DNA from: Mytilus edulis
Lineage: Eukaryota
NCBI RefSeq assembly: GCF_963676685.1
Contig: NC_092355.1
Span: forward strand, 17,360,001 to 17,424,000
Length of the DNA stretch: 64,000 bases
Direction: 5' to 3'
A program made the position numbers and the translations under genes. Below, one piece after another: positions 23,616 to 35,460 of this stretch (positions are counted from its first letter, which is position 1; every line of letters starts with the position of its first letter). The notes beneath the pieces were generated by a model that had not been told where the DNA came from, did not search any database, and was given only the letters and a program-made list of their open reading frames with translations.

Positions 23616-26600
23616 TCTACAAAACAAATGAGTCTTAAATTTTACAAATGGGTGACACTGTAGTTGTTACTTAACAAACAAAATGTGAATATGATATATT
23701 TTTTCATTTGGATGATTATGCTCGGCTTTTCATAGTTCACGGATTTCGATTAGATAATGACAGGTCGTTAAAAAAATACGCCACGGGTGTTGGTGCCACC
23801 CACTACCACGGACAACTTCATGCCTTTCTTGTTATGTCCAGTAGTTGTTATATGTGCAAACTTGATTTCTGTAGATTATTTATGATGTTGTTGTTTTTTT
23901 CATCAAATATGTAACCAACTATTAATATAAACGATATTATCAGTGTATGCTATTTCCTGGCATTCATTTTAGTTAATGCATCACTTGGTTACAATGTCGT
24001 TAATTAATGGGACTACCGACCTAGTTATGCAAATTACCCACGTTGATTTTCCGCCGTCTAAGACTATATTTAAATATATGTAGGGTTACCTTACATACGG
24101 TAAAAGAAATGTGGAATTGTAAAATTAATAATAACATTTTTTAATAAATTTTTTTTAAAAAGTTGCTTTCACGTAACACCTTTTTTCTTAATTTTTTTAG
24201 AAATTTCCCCGATTCGGACATAAACCGGGAAAATTTTGTTATCTACGTTCATAATCGTGGATCACTCAATATATGTTATTGGACATTTCCGTTATTGTCC
24301 CAATATTACCGACTTATTTGTTTGGGTTGTTTGGGTTGTTTCCCTTCAGTCGACACTTATTGAAAATGTTGAGCTAGTGTTAAGAGAGAAGGACGTGTTT
24401 GCCAAATATTGCCTTTTCTTCCAATATAATTATAATAATAAAAAAATTAAAAGGTTCTTAAATTGATCTATTCCAAAGGCCCAAGTGCTAGGGAACAAAT
24501 GATTGTTTTATAAGTGAACATCGAAAGTTCCATAACCCACAATTTGGATGTATACGTATTGTCGAAACTGTGTGCTTTAACGACATTTAATCTTAAGGAA
24601 ATATTAAGCGGCTGCAGCTAAAATGAATTAAGCAAAATAAACTTTTGGTTAAACATTGGTCCAAACTGAATTTCAACACAAATAATGAATAATAGTAATT
24701 AAGAAGTCATTACTGTTTTATTTATGGCTCAGGTTATTTGTCGGGTTTTTGGCCCCATTCATTATTTTTTTTCTTTTTTAAGCTCTTCTGTTTAAACATT
24801 TTTGAATTAAAAATATTTTTACTTTTGGCATCACTAAAAGGACAAGAGCGATCAAAATGAGCACCTTGAAGAGAAATTAGGACCCCGTATTTTATTGCAC
24901 AAACCAGGTAGAATACTAGACTAATGAACTGCTAGACCAGTAATCTATTACGATACTTATATGTTTGGGTTTTTTCTTTTGTTCGACATATTTATAACAA
25001 CCATGTCAATTTCAGCATGCATGTTTAGTGAATGTCGAGTCTGAAGCGTAGGACAACTCACACTTTAAATATCAGCTGTATTTGTACTCTGCTTGAAACA
25101 GGTGTATTAGCTCGCTAAAAGCTTGCATACACCTTGTTTCTTAGCCTCGTACTAATACAGCTGATATTTAAAGACTCTAAACAGTTATTGTCTATGTTCC
25201 TAATTTTTTGTTATTGTTTGACATGTTTAATAAAATATGGAACTTTCAAATATCTAGCCTTGTTCATCACCGAAGAGGAATTAATAGTCGAAATGCGCAT
25301 CTGTGCAATTAGTACAGTTAAATGCCAAAAAAGAGTTTATTTTGTATAAATACTCAAGTAGTAGATTATCTATGTCAAATATGTAGTAATGAAACCCAAT
25401 AAAAAAACGCATTAAAGTTGTAGGATCTAATTATTATTAGATTATCAAGACTGGTGTAGCAACTCTAAATCTGAAATTAAAAATAGTATCCGACAATGTC
25501 AAATAAATCTTGTTTGTGTATAAACAATATAAATATATTGATGAATTGTCGTATTGTTTTTTATTCTTTATTAAAAATTCAGTTTGAACAAGTTCTGGAA
25601 TGATCGATTCTTTAAATAAATAGATCAAAACAATATGTTTTACACTTCAGAGTCTGGATATGGCAACGAATTATAAATTGATGGGCGAAATAATGAAATG
25701 AAGAAAATATGACTAAAAGAATAAAAATAACGACTATTAAGCACCCACTTCCTAGAATCTCATTCTAAAGAGGTCACAATGACATTTTTTTAAGTTCCCT
25801 TATCTGACTGCCTTTAACATTTATAATTATATTCTGTTTATCTGAGAATGAATTAATTTGACTGTCTCTCTGGTATCTTTCGTCCCTCTTTTACATCTCT
25901 CATCGCACATACACGTTCACAGTAATTGAATTGACCATCAAACTACAAACTAAACCAGCAAAGATATTTTTACCAATCTAACAGGTTAAGTTCTTTATAA
26001 CTCACTACTTTTCTATTATAAAAGTAAAGTTTCACATTCTTTAAAAAGGTGTAAGTTCACGAATGGTCAAAGTTGGTCCCAAGATTTTGAATGTTTTTTT
26101 AAATCAGGCCATAATACTACAAACAGGACAAAGAAATTGTTATGATATTACAAAATAACTTAAGTTTTACACATTTTGAATATGACGATGTCTGTTGATT
26201 TCCAATAATTCTTAACCATTTTTAGCATATTTTACTTTATCCGCCATCAAAAATCCAGAACGTTATTGTGTCTAGGGATTCAATCTCATCATTATTAGCA
26301 AATCTTTGTAACAGAGCATTCGTATCCCAGGTTGGGGCAAAGGGATTCCATAGGCTTTTAGGTCTGTAAATGCACACAATCATCGTATTTTGATTTGTAG
26401 CCAAAAATGTACGCGTATCGAGGGATTTCTTTTTACAAGGAAGTAAATCATTTGAAATAGATCCATTGATAAATAACCAAATCTGGTCATTAGGAAATTT
26501 TGCAATAAAGCTGAAGTTCAAGGTTATGCATGTTTTGCAAGGTAGACATTGTGTGTGTCTTAATTGAACTTAGTCTGAATAAACTATTAACATTCCAACT

Positions 26601-27131
26601 TAACAATAAACGAAAGCAGTGAGTTCTTTAGAGTTCGGTGTTTTTTGTTGTTTTACTTTTTGGTATGCTGTTGATATGATCGATCTCTCTAATCTAGTAC
26701 ATAAAGGTCAATTCGATCATTATAAGACCGGATAGGTCTACCTTACAAAATATTATTAATTTAAAATTGGCTGCACTTTCATATCAATTAGTTTCTCATA
26801 GTAGTTTCTAATGTTTAAGTGGTTGCATATCAACATTTATAAACGGAATTTTTTTAATAAAATTGTCGATAAGGGTGATCTATTGATTTTTTCTGAAATG
26901 AAAATTATAATTATAGATAATTTAGAAATATTTTATCAAATAGTTATAATACAGATAAGCTATGGCAACGCTATATCTATTAAAACATAAAAGGTTCGTG
27001 TGTGTGTTATGTAGACGTCATTCCATTAATCCGTATAAAACTTACATGCACTGGTATGCTTAAGTAAATATGATAAAGACAGTCACATTTAACAGAAGAA
27101 TGATCAAAATGGATTAAATATTGATTATCAT

Positions 27132-27262
27132 ACCTTAAGAATCATGAAAAAGTCGTCAAAATGGTTTCAAAAGGAAACCGTCGCCACAAAAAGGAAGGTA
27201 AATATGGTCCCATGATAACCCCTTCCTGTACACAATTAAGTTATTATGGCGCGGGTATTTCA
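27132..27262 (-). promoter_or_regulatory. Candidate promoter/exon 1 for copy 2 (E-box, ETS and FOX motifs mutated)
   Basis: Homolog of 10875-11005; donor AAG|GTATGA (exon end 27134); motifs read GTCCCATGA and CCTTCCTGTACACA. Confidence 0.5.
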
Positions 27263-27376
27263 AACAACAGTTTATTCTGATAACAAAATCAAGTTATATG
27301 ACAATTTCATGGATCAGGGGACAAAATACGACATTTATATATATGAGTGCATGTAAATAAAGTTATATAAATGAAT

Positions 27377-28214
27377 GACTTCATACAGGAACTTCTGAGG
27401 AAGAAATATAAGAAGTTAGCAATATCCTTTAACTCTACTTTTCGCTATATAGATGATGTTCTTTCACTAAATAATTAAAAATTTGGTGACTATGTCGAAC
27501 GCATCTATCCCATTGAATTAGAGATAAAGGATACAACAGATATGTTAAGTCGGCCTCATATCTTAACTTACATCTAGAAATGACAATTAGGGTCGATTGA
27601 AAACAAAACTATACGACAAAAGAGATGATTTCAGCTTTCCAATTGTGAACTTTCCATTTCTAAGTAGCAACATTCTAGAAGCACCTGCATACGGTGTATA
27701 TATCTCCCAATTGATACGATATTCCCGTGCTTGCATTTCCTATCATGATTTTCTTGATAGATGGTTGTTGCTCACAAGGAAGCTATTAAAACAAGAGTTC
27801 CAACTGGTGAAGTTGAAATCATCTCTTCATAAATGTTACGGACGCCATCACGAGTTCGCTGACCGTTGTGGAATAACCGTTTCACAAGTGATATCGGATA
27901 TGTTCCTTACGTCGTAACTACAATCCCCTTCCATTTCATAAATTTTGCCTACCGAATTAGACTATTTACCGGATTTGTTATCTCATAAGCAACACGACGG
28001 GTGTCACATGTGGAGCAGGATCTGCTTACCCTTCCGGAGCATCTGAGATCACCCCTAGTTGTTGGTGGAGTTCGTGTTGTTTATTCTTTAGTTTTCTATG
28101 TTGTGTCATGTGTGCTGTTGTTTGTTTGTCTTTTTTTCATTTTTAGCAATGGCGTTGTCAGTTTGTTTTAGATTTATGAGTTTGACTGTCCCTTTGGTAT
28201 CTTTCGTCCCTCTT
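27377..28214 (+). mobile_element. 5'-truncated Penelope-like retroelement (RT C-terminus plus 3' UTR; Naiad-like architecture)
   Basis: Translation DFIQELL..FNSTFRYIDDVLSLNN*KF..IYPIELEIK..KTKLYDKRDDFSFPIVNFPFLSSNI..AYGVYISQLIRYSRAC (YIDD catalytic motif); ORF ends soon after the RT thumb with no C-terminal GIY-YIG; 3' end gactgtccctttggtatctttcgtccctctt recurs many times in the window. Confidence 0.85.
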
Positions 28215-30234
28215 CTACAAGATCTGGCAATTTTATAAAATAAGATGGACATAATATGTATGACACCAATGTAGAATAATACTTTGACATTAAAACAACT
28301 GATCTTATCTTTATTAATTTTACTTGCAAATGTTATTCAATAAACAACTATAAAACAATAATATTATAGCATTGGACACGTATCTCTGTATTTTCATCTT
28401 CGGCAATGCCAGTATATTTGGTTCTCGTATTATAATTATAACGTACATGTTAATAAAGTGTCGTTAAGTGTAGATTTTCAAAGCGGATTTGCAAACAACG
28501 TAATCCACATACCTTTACTTTGCAATTTCGACAACTTCTAATATCCTTGATTAATTTTGTGTCCGCCCCATAATGGATACTCTTAACATTAGATAACGTA
28601 TTTGATAACACTATATATAGTATCTCAATTTAACAGATATCAGAATAGATTAAATTTTTCTGATATGAAATGAGTGCGTCTGACCTATTGATTTATTTTT
28701 GTTTACATTTAAATCTTTCCCTTTATTTATCCATGATGATAGGTGTTAAATGAACGTATTCAACTGTCCCTGTCATCAAGATACGCTGTTTATTTATATT
28801 TAAACTATATCTAACAGCTGAATATTCGTGTTATTCTCTCTGGTTTTCTGGGGACAAAAAACGGATAAAAACAACATAAAACATTGCAGTTCTTTACGAG
28901 AGAAGACGCAAACTAGATAAGTTTAAGGCTTGTTTTGACCATATTTACAAATTGTCAATTCTTTTCAAATGGTTGCAAACGTTTAAGTAATACAGTACAG
29001 CTTGATAAAATAAGAGACGAGTAAAACGTTTATTTAGTCAGGTTTGTAATAACTTTAGTTGTCTTATTTCAATGTTATCAGTTTTAGCTTTTAAGGGATT
29101 CCTCACAAAATCCAAACATAATTAAGATCCTAGGAAACTGTGATCACTCCCAAAAAGAATTAAGAGGATTGTGTTACATAGTCTTTATAGTTTTATGTAT
29201 ACTGCACTGTTCTGTAACTTTTCGTGTACTGCCATGACATTGCCAATTTACCGCAGTTAAGAGTTGTAAATATCATCTTTATATGTTCAACTTCCTTTAA
29301 CTGTATGAAAATTAGAACACTACTTTAATTTTTATGCCATTAACCTTTTTTTTCATTTTACTGAAACATATACCATTATGATATTAAGAATTGAAACAAA
29401 GATGTTAATCATATCTTAAGAAATATATATAACAAAAGGTATCTTAAGAAAGATACAGAGGGTCACTCATAAAAACATGTTTTTTATTTTCATTTGTTGA
29501 CTGAAACGTATGCCATTATGATCTTGATATTAGTAAGGGTTTTGCACAAGTTTGGCTTACTAGTGTTTCTGATGTCTCTTGCAGTTATAAAAAAAAACCT
29601 AAAGAGGGGCTTTAAATGCATTTTAATGTGTTTTTTTTTTATTTTTGCTTCTCCATACTTTTTTTAAAAGATATTTGTCTGTCAATACCCAGTAATGACA
29701 GACACATATCTTAATAAAATATTACAATGAAATTCGGGCAATCGATAGTTCGAATATAGTTTTGACTTACCGTTGACGTTGAGAGGTGTAGCATGATATC
29801 CTTACACACTTGTGGTTTGATGCTTCCAAAAAGATTTACAACTTTATTTTAACATTTAGATAGATGTTTAAATCCAGCAAAAACCATAAATGAAAAACAT
29901 TAAGCGCAGAAAAATTAAACAAATTTTCGCGCGTATTTCATAGGACGAAGTTGTAATACGAAAAAAAAAGAATGAAAAAAATGTGTTGTTAGATATCTGA
30001 AAACTATCATATGCATTATAATTTAGTTTTTTATAGTATATTTACATGTAATATTATATAGATCTAACGATTTGCTGTCATGTACATTCCCATCTTAACC
30101 ATAATTTTAGAATGATTCTTAAATCAAATAGACAGTGTGTTCTTATAAACATTTAATGATTTCATGTATTAAACAAACAGTTCAGTCTATATACTGCACG
30201 CATAACGATAGCAAACATAGCTTTCAAATTTATT

Positions 30235-31754
30235 GAAACAGCGAAAATAAAAATATATGCAATTGGTAATTGAAATTAGAAATATGCCACTTAATTTAAT
30301 TCGCTGTGTCTTTTACTGAAATATATTAGTTAACCGTTTAAAAAGAGGGGCGAAAGATACAAGAGGGACAGTCAAACTCATACATCGAAAATTAACTGCC
30401 AACGTCATGGCTAAAAACTAAAAAAACAAACAGACAAATAATACTACAAAGGACACAACCTAGAAAAGGTAACGAATAGGCAACACGAACCCCGCCATAA
30501 AAATTGGGGTATTATCAGGTGCTCTGGAAGGCTAAACAGATCCTGCTCCACATGTGGCACTCGTCGTGTTGTACATGTTATTCTAAACCCGGTAAATAGC
30601 TAGTCTAATCTGTTTAACTGACACATACACAAAAGTAATATCTTTCTATAATGATTTCTACCTGCGCGTAAAACGACAATGATGTAAGTATCGACGGTTG
30701 TCTATAGATGCAGCATATGGATATTTAAGATTTGTTCTATCTCTAAACACATTTGTATATTATTGAAGAACGTTTAATGTTATCAGATAAGATGTTTTGT
30801 TAACCAATCATGATGTCCAACATTTGAGTAATGAAATATAATGAATTATTACACAATAAATCAAAGTTAATAATTGGACGGATTAAAGTACATTTAAACA
30901 AAAAACATGTATACACATTTTGCAATGTAAACAATATAATTGACAAAACTTAACTGTGCTCGACTTCGACTCGACATGAACTGACTTAACATTTGACTCA
31001 ATTCATTCTCTACTTGTTCATTACTCACAGACGAAAGAGATTTTCTTCCTGCATTCACTTTAAATACCAAACTGAACCATCTTTTTGAATGTGCTTAAAT
31101 GCTATAATGTGTGTAGTTTTAAAGACATGTTGTTGTATTTTATTTTAATTAACATGTAAATCAGAAAATCGTTCTCCTCAATCGTTGACAACGCATGTTA
31201 AATTGTCTTGCTTAGATTTTTGTTTTTGCATATATTTCGTTTAATAGATTCTCTTGTAATTTGTGTAATGGATCGTTCATCAATGCACTCGTGAAAGGTT
31301 TATTATTTCAATATATTATGCCACAATTCGACCATCATTTGTTTTACCACAAGAAATGCATTATTGGTATGTGATTTTATATTTTTAACAGTATTATCGA
31401 TTTCCCTCGGATCTGTACATTATATCTTTATAACACATCGTCTTGAATTCCTGATGAAGATTAATCCAGAAAAGCGCTTTTGATGCATGGAATTTATAAC
31501 ATTTTGTTTTCATTTTATCCACAACAAGAACAATCATACTTCTTACAGACTCGTTAGTGTGATTATTAGGAAATTCAACGGTAGTTTCTGGTGCTCTGTA
31601 ACAGGTATAATGCTAAGTTATATAGATGCAATTACTGCACAATGTTATCTACACCCTTCACAAAGTCCCTAATCACAGACGAAACACCGCACAACAGACG
31701 ATTTTTGTATTTTTGTGAAGCTACAATTGCCACACACTGAATAATTATTAGCAT
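30235..31754 (-). pseudogene. Ancient decayed TRIM-like paralog, relic 2
   Basis: Minus-strand translation SVCGNCSFTKIQKSSVVRCFVCD*GLCEGCR*H...VTEHQKLP at ~31560-31750; FRDRTNLKYPYAASIDN (cf. FKDKQNLRYPQGISVDN) at ~30697-30748; internal deletions; interrupted by a PLE 3' fragment at ~30343-30600. Left boundary is tentative. Confidence 0.82.
30343..30600 (-). mobile_element. PLE 3'-end fragment (also ~37681-37775, ~39565-39880, ~54890-55145; short copies ~9535-9603, ~25858-25890)
   Basis: aagaggggcgaaagatacaagagggacagtcaaactcat... is the reverse complement of the 3' end of the 27377-28214 element. Confidence 0.75.
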
Positions 31755-34054
31755 TGATTAAAACCAAAACCAAAAACTTAATTTGACATAATTATGCCTT
31801 AATATATTGTATGGTCTCCTTTTTGCGATACAAGCGGGCTTTTTGAACGTTTTTGTTTTCAGTGAATATCAAAGCCAGAATTTTCAAAAACCAAACAGTT
31901 GATATAAAAGTTGATGCGCTGCTACAATTAAAAGAGACCAAATGTTTGTCAAAACCCGGATAATTCATGGAGAACTGTAAAATGTTTACAAGGAACATCA
32001 AGGGTTTTTTATCAAGTTTTTTTTAATGATACTGTCAAGTTGACATAGTAATGTCTTCAAAAATATGTTTTAGATTAAAAAAAAAGGAATATAGGAAGAC
32101 GATTCCTTATTATCAAATTAAAAGTGTAGGGCGTTGAATTTCCTGCTATAAAAGACAAGTCTTATTTTTTTCTAAATTTTTAGTTTCTATTATCAAAATT
32201 ATCAAACAAAGGCTTATAGAAAGGATAGCATTGCTTACTCAATGTGACAATTACCCACCACTTAACACCAACATACGTATGTCTGGCTAATAAATATATA
32301 TCTCAAGCATTGTGCAATAATTGCAAACATCCGAATGAATTTCGTTATGCATGCATGTATAATTTAATCAAGCATGCTGGAGACCAATAATATGGAAAGC
32401 TACACTTATGAAACTTTGGGTGTTGTGGGCATTCATATAAATATATAAATATTTACAAAGGGCAATAAGTTTATTGATGAAACACAATTATTGTCAATAA
32501 CGAATGCCAATTAATAATTTCCAAAATCAAATGTGTAGTTTTAGATTATCAATGAATGGTGTATTAGTTGTTTAAAGTTTATAAACTGCGCGTCAAACAA
32601 TCATTACAAAAGTATTTTCTATAATAAGTAAAACGAAGACAGCCGCATGTCTCATTAAAATGAATTAAATGAAATTGTTCGATATAATAATTATATAACC
32701 TAAATCTTCATTAATTAGTCGTCAAAGGAATTAACTCTAAGAGAAACCGTCGTCACGAGAACTCGATGAAGAAGGAATAATAGTCATTACATCAGGAAGA
32801 GTGCATGTGAGTTTAGGGAGTGTGAGACAACATAGAACATAAATATGTATATGACAGACAGATTCCTTTTCTTTTTGTCTCCAGCTGTATTTAGTTCTCT
32901 TATATTTGATACGTTTTCCTCAGTTTAAGTTTGTAACCCGGATTTGTTTTTTCTCTATTGATTTATGAGTTTTGAACAGCGGTATACTACTGTTGCCTTT
33001 TTTTATATTCCACGTACAAATTTCAAATTTTCAAAACGTATTTTGTAAAGAAATACAAGGAATAGGTGCCTAGTGCATCTCAATTGCGTGTTGGGGCATA
33101 AATGTCGAAAACCAAAAAATTCTCAATACAATCTATGTGTTAGTGTAGAGGGAATGCCACATATACCACATATATAATAACTCTGAAGTCGAAATCATAC
33201 TGACAAACGAGAAATGACCAATATACAAACAGCAATGCACAAATCACAACATAGAAAAACTCGAAAATGGGGAATACGAACTCTTCATAAATCGGAGCAA
33301 TTACATGATCTCCGGAATAGTAAGCTGATCTGACTCCACATGTGACACTCGCCGGGTTTCTCCTTTAAAATATGTTTATAAGTTGTATCACGTCATAAGA
33401 CAATGCGCAATACCCGACTGTTAACTGACTTTTATCTAACCTTTAGACATCATTAAAGTTATACACTATTGGTCATGTATATTTCAAACCCTAATAATTA
33501 ATCAAATCGAAATTTTGAAATTAAAACATCTTTTCATAACACACGATAGATAACGGGTATCAACAGCATATGCATTTAAGAAAACTCTACGAACATCTAT
33601 AAAAACTAAAGCATACGAAACACAAACCCGATCGCAGTTGTTCGGGAAAGTTGAACAAACCCTGCTTAAGATATTCCTCATGTGGTATTGCTCGTGTAAA
33701 TGTGTAAGTGTAAAAGTCTAATTGGGAAACGTTATTTTCAAGATGAAATTATATGTAAGAAATGTGCAGGTCGTAGATTACGACCCTTGTAGGAGTTATG
33801 TAATCAAATTATGTAAAACAAACAATTTTCGTTGCCACAGCCTCATCATTTTATACCCTATTATAACACTCACTTATATGTTCATAATTATAAATTAACT
33901 GTTAACAAAGCTTTGAATTTTTGAAATACTAAATGCTTTTCTACCTTAGGAATAAATTACCATAGCTGTATTTGGCAAACCTTTTAATACTTTTTGGTCC
34001 TCAATGCCCTACAACTTCATACTTTATTTGGCCTTTTTAACATTTTTGATTCGA

Positions 34055-34098
34055 GCGTCACTGATGAGTCTTTTGTAGACGAAACGCACGTCTGGCGT
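34055..34098 (+). ncRNA. Type I hammerhead ribozyme, intact core
   Basis: GCGUCA CUGAUGA GUCU uuugu AGAC GAAA CGCACG UC UGGCGU. Confidence 0.85.
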
Positions 34099-34413
34099 TA
34101 ATATAAAATTTCAATCCTGGTATCTATGACGAGTTTATTTACACCCACTGAGTCTATGCCACTGCTGGTGTAGATTTATTTCCACGAGGGTATTACCAGC
34201 CCAGTAGTTAGCACTTCTGTGTTGACTTGAGTTATCATTGATTATAATTATAAATCAACTGTTAACACAACTTTTAGTTTTTGAAATACTAAGGCTTTTC
34301 TATATTAGGAATAAATTACCTTAGCTGTATTTGGCAAACCTTTTAGGAATGTTTGGTCCTCAATGCCCTACAACTTCGTACTTTCTTTGGCCTTTATAAC
34401 ATTTTTGATTCTA

Positions 34414-34457
34414 GCGTCACTGATGAGACTTTTGTAGAGGAAACGCGCGTCTGGCGT
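34414..34457 (+). ncRNA. Type I hammerhead ribozyme, stem II mismatched
   Basis: CUGAUGA GACU uuugu AGAG GAAA CGCGCG UC; two stem II mismatches. Confidence 0.65.
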
Positions 34458-35460
34458 AAATATAATAAAATTTCAATCCTGGTATCTATGATGAGTTTAT
34501 TCATAGAACTTTGTTCTTGTTATAAACAATCGACGGATGCTATTTGCGCTGCAATATCTCAATTTAACATTCTTTAAGGCATTCCAGTATTCTCCCGACT
34601 CTGAGTAAGTGTGCATGTTGCTAATTCCTACATTTTCTGTTCAATGCTTTATAGAATGATGTAAGTCTTTTCTTTCTGATTGGCTATGGTGCTGTTTTTT
34701 TCTAAGACTTTATAATTCTGATTGTCCTGTTTGTATTTTGTGTCTCTATTCTTAACTAAAATAATGATGTCCTGTTGGTGATAATGTCCTAAACTTTGTT
34801 GCTGGTGCATTTTTACTTTTTTATAATATTTTGTCTTACTACCAAGAAGTATGCGTGCGTTTAATGTGATATAAACATATACGAACGTATCGTGTTTTTC
34901 TAAACACATATTTGTAATTTATCGAAAATAAAACAAGGACGAATTTTACTTAAAAATACCAGTTACTAACATGTGGAACTACGCAGTTTGAAAAGCGTCA
35001 ACATTTTTAGGAATGAAAGTAACGCCACTTGAATAGATCAAGTTCTGGTTAAAACAGATTGATTCAAAATGAAGCAGTTTCCCCAATTTGGACAACGTAT
35101 TTCAAATATCATTATCTATGATCTATTCAAAACGGTGATAATACATATTTAATCAATGATAATCTATAAATTTAAAATTGATATATTTCAATTGTGTTTT
35201 GATTTTGTTTTTGCATCATATTTATAACAAATGTATATAAGCTGCTCAACTCTTTATAAAACAAGAATAAATAAGTATTAATCAAATTAAAATATGATGT
35301 TCCGTGAAAAAGACAATGGTTTGGTTATATATTTTCCCATCTTATTGCATTAAATCTTCTAACATTTTATAATTATCTGAGAATATGTGCGTAAACATGG
35401 TATATGACGAAAACAATAAATTACAACGAAGTTCGCAGTTAAAAGTCGACAGTTCTTTTT

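Larger units (their letters stand above)
33880..34501 (+). mobile_element. Non-LTR retrozyme-like tandem repeat, 359-nt period, two hammerheads
   Basis: CTGATGA cores at 34061 and 34420; GTC cleavage sites end at 34092 and 34451; flanking sequence is repeated with the same period. Confidence 0.85.
28216..35460. repeat. Segmental duplication, paired with ~52224-61585
   Basis: Long collinear near-identity from tacaagatctggcaatt (28216/52224) through the relic gene, retrozyme and 3' flank of the B-type gene, differing mainly by TE insertions. Confidence 0.9.

Noticed and set aside
27377-27917. Diversity-generating retroelement (RT next to variable genes)
   Set aside because: The RT is a truncated, stop-containing Penelope-like fragment; no template-repeat/variable-repeat pair or adenine-specific variation is evident.
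34353-34577. Repeated small ORFs containing SSVTDESFVDETRVWR (3060, 34353, 59904)
   Set aside because: These are translations of the hammerhead repeat, not protein-coding genes.
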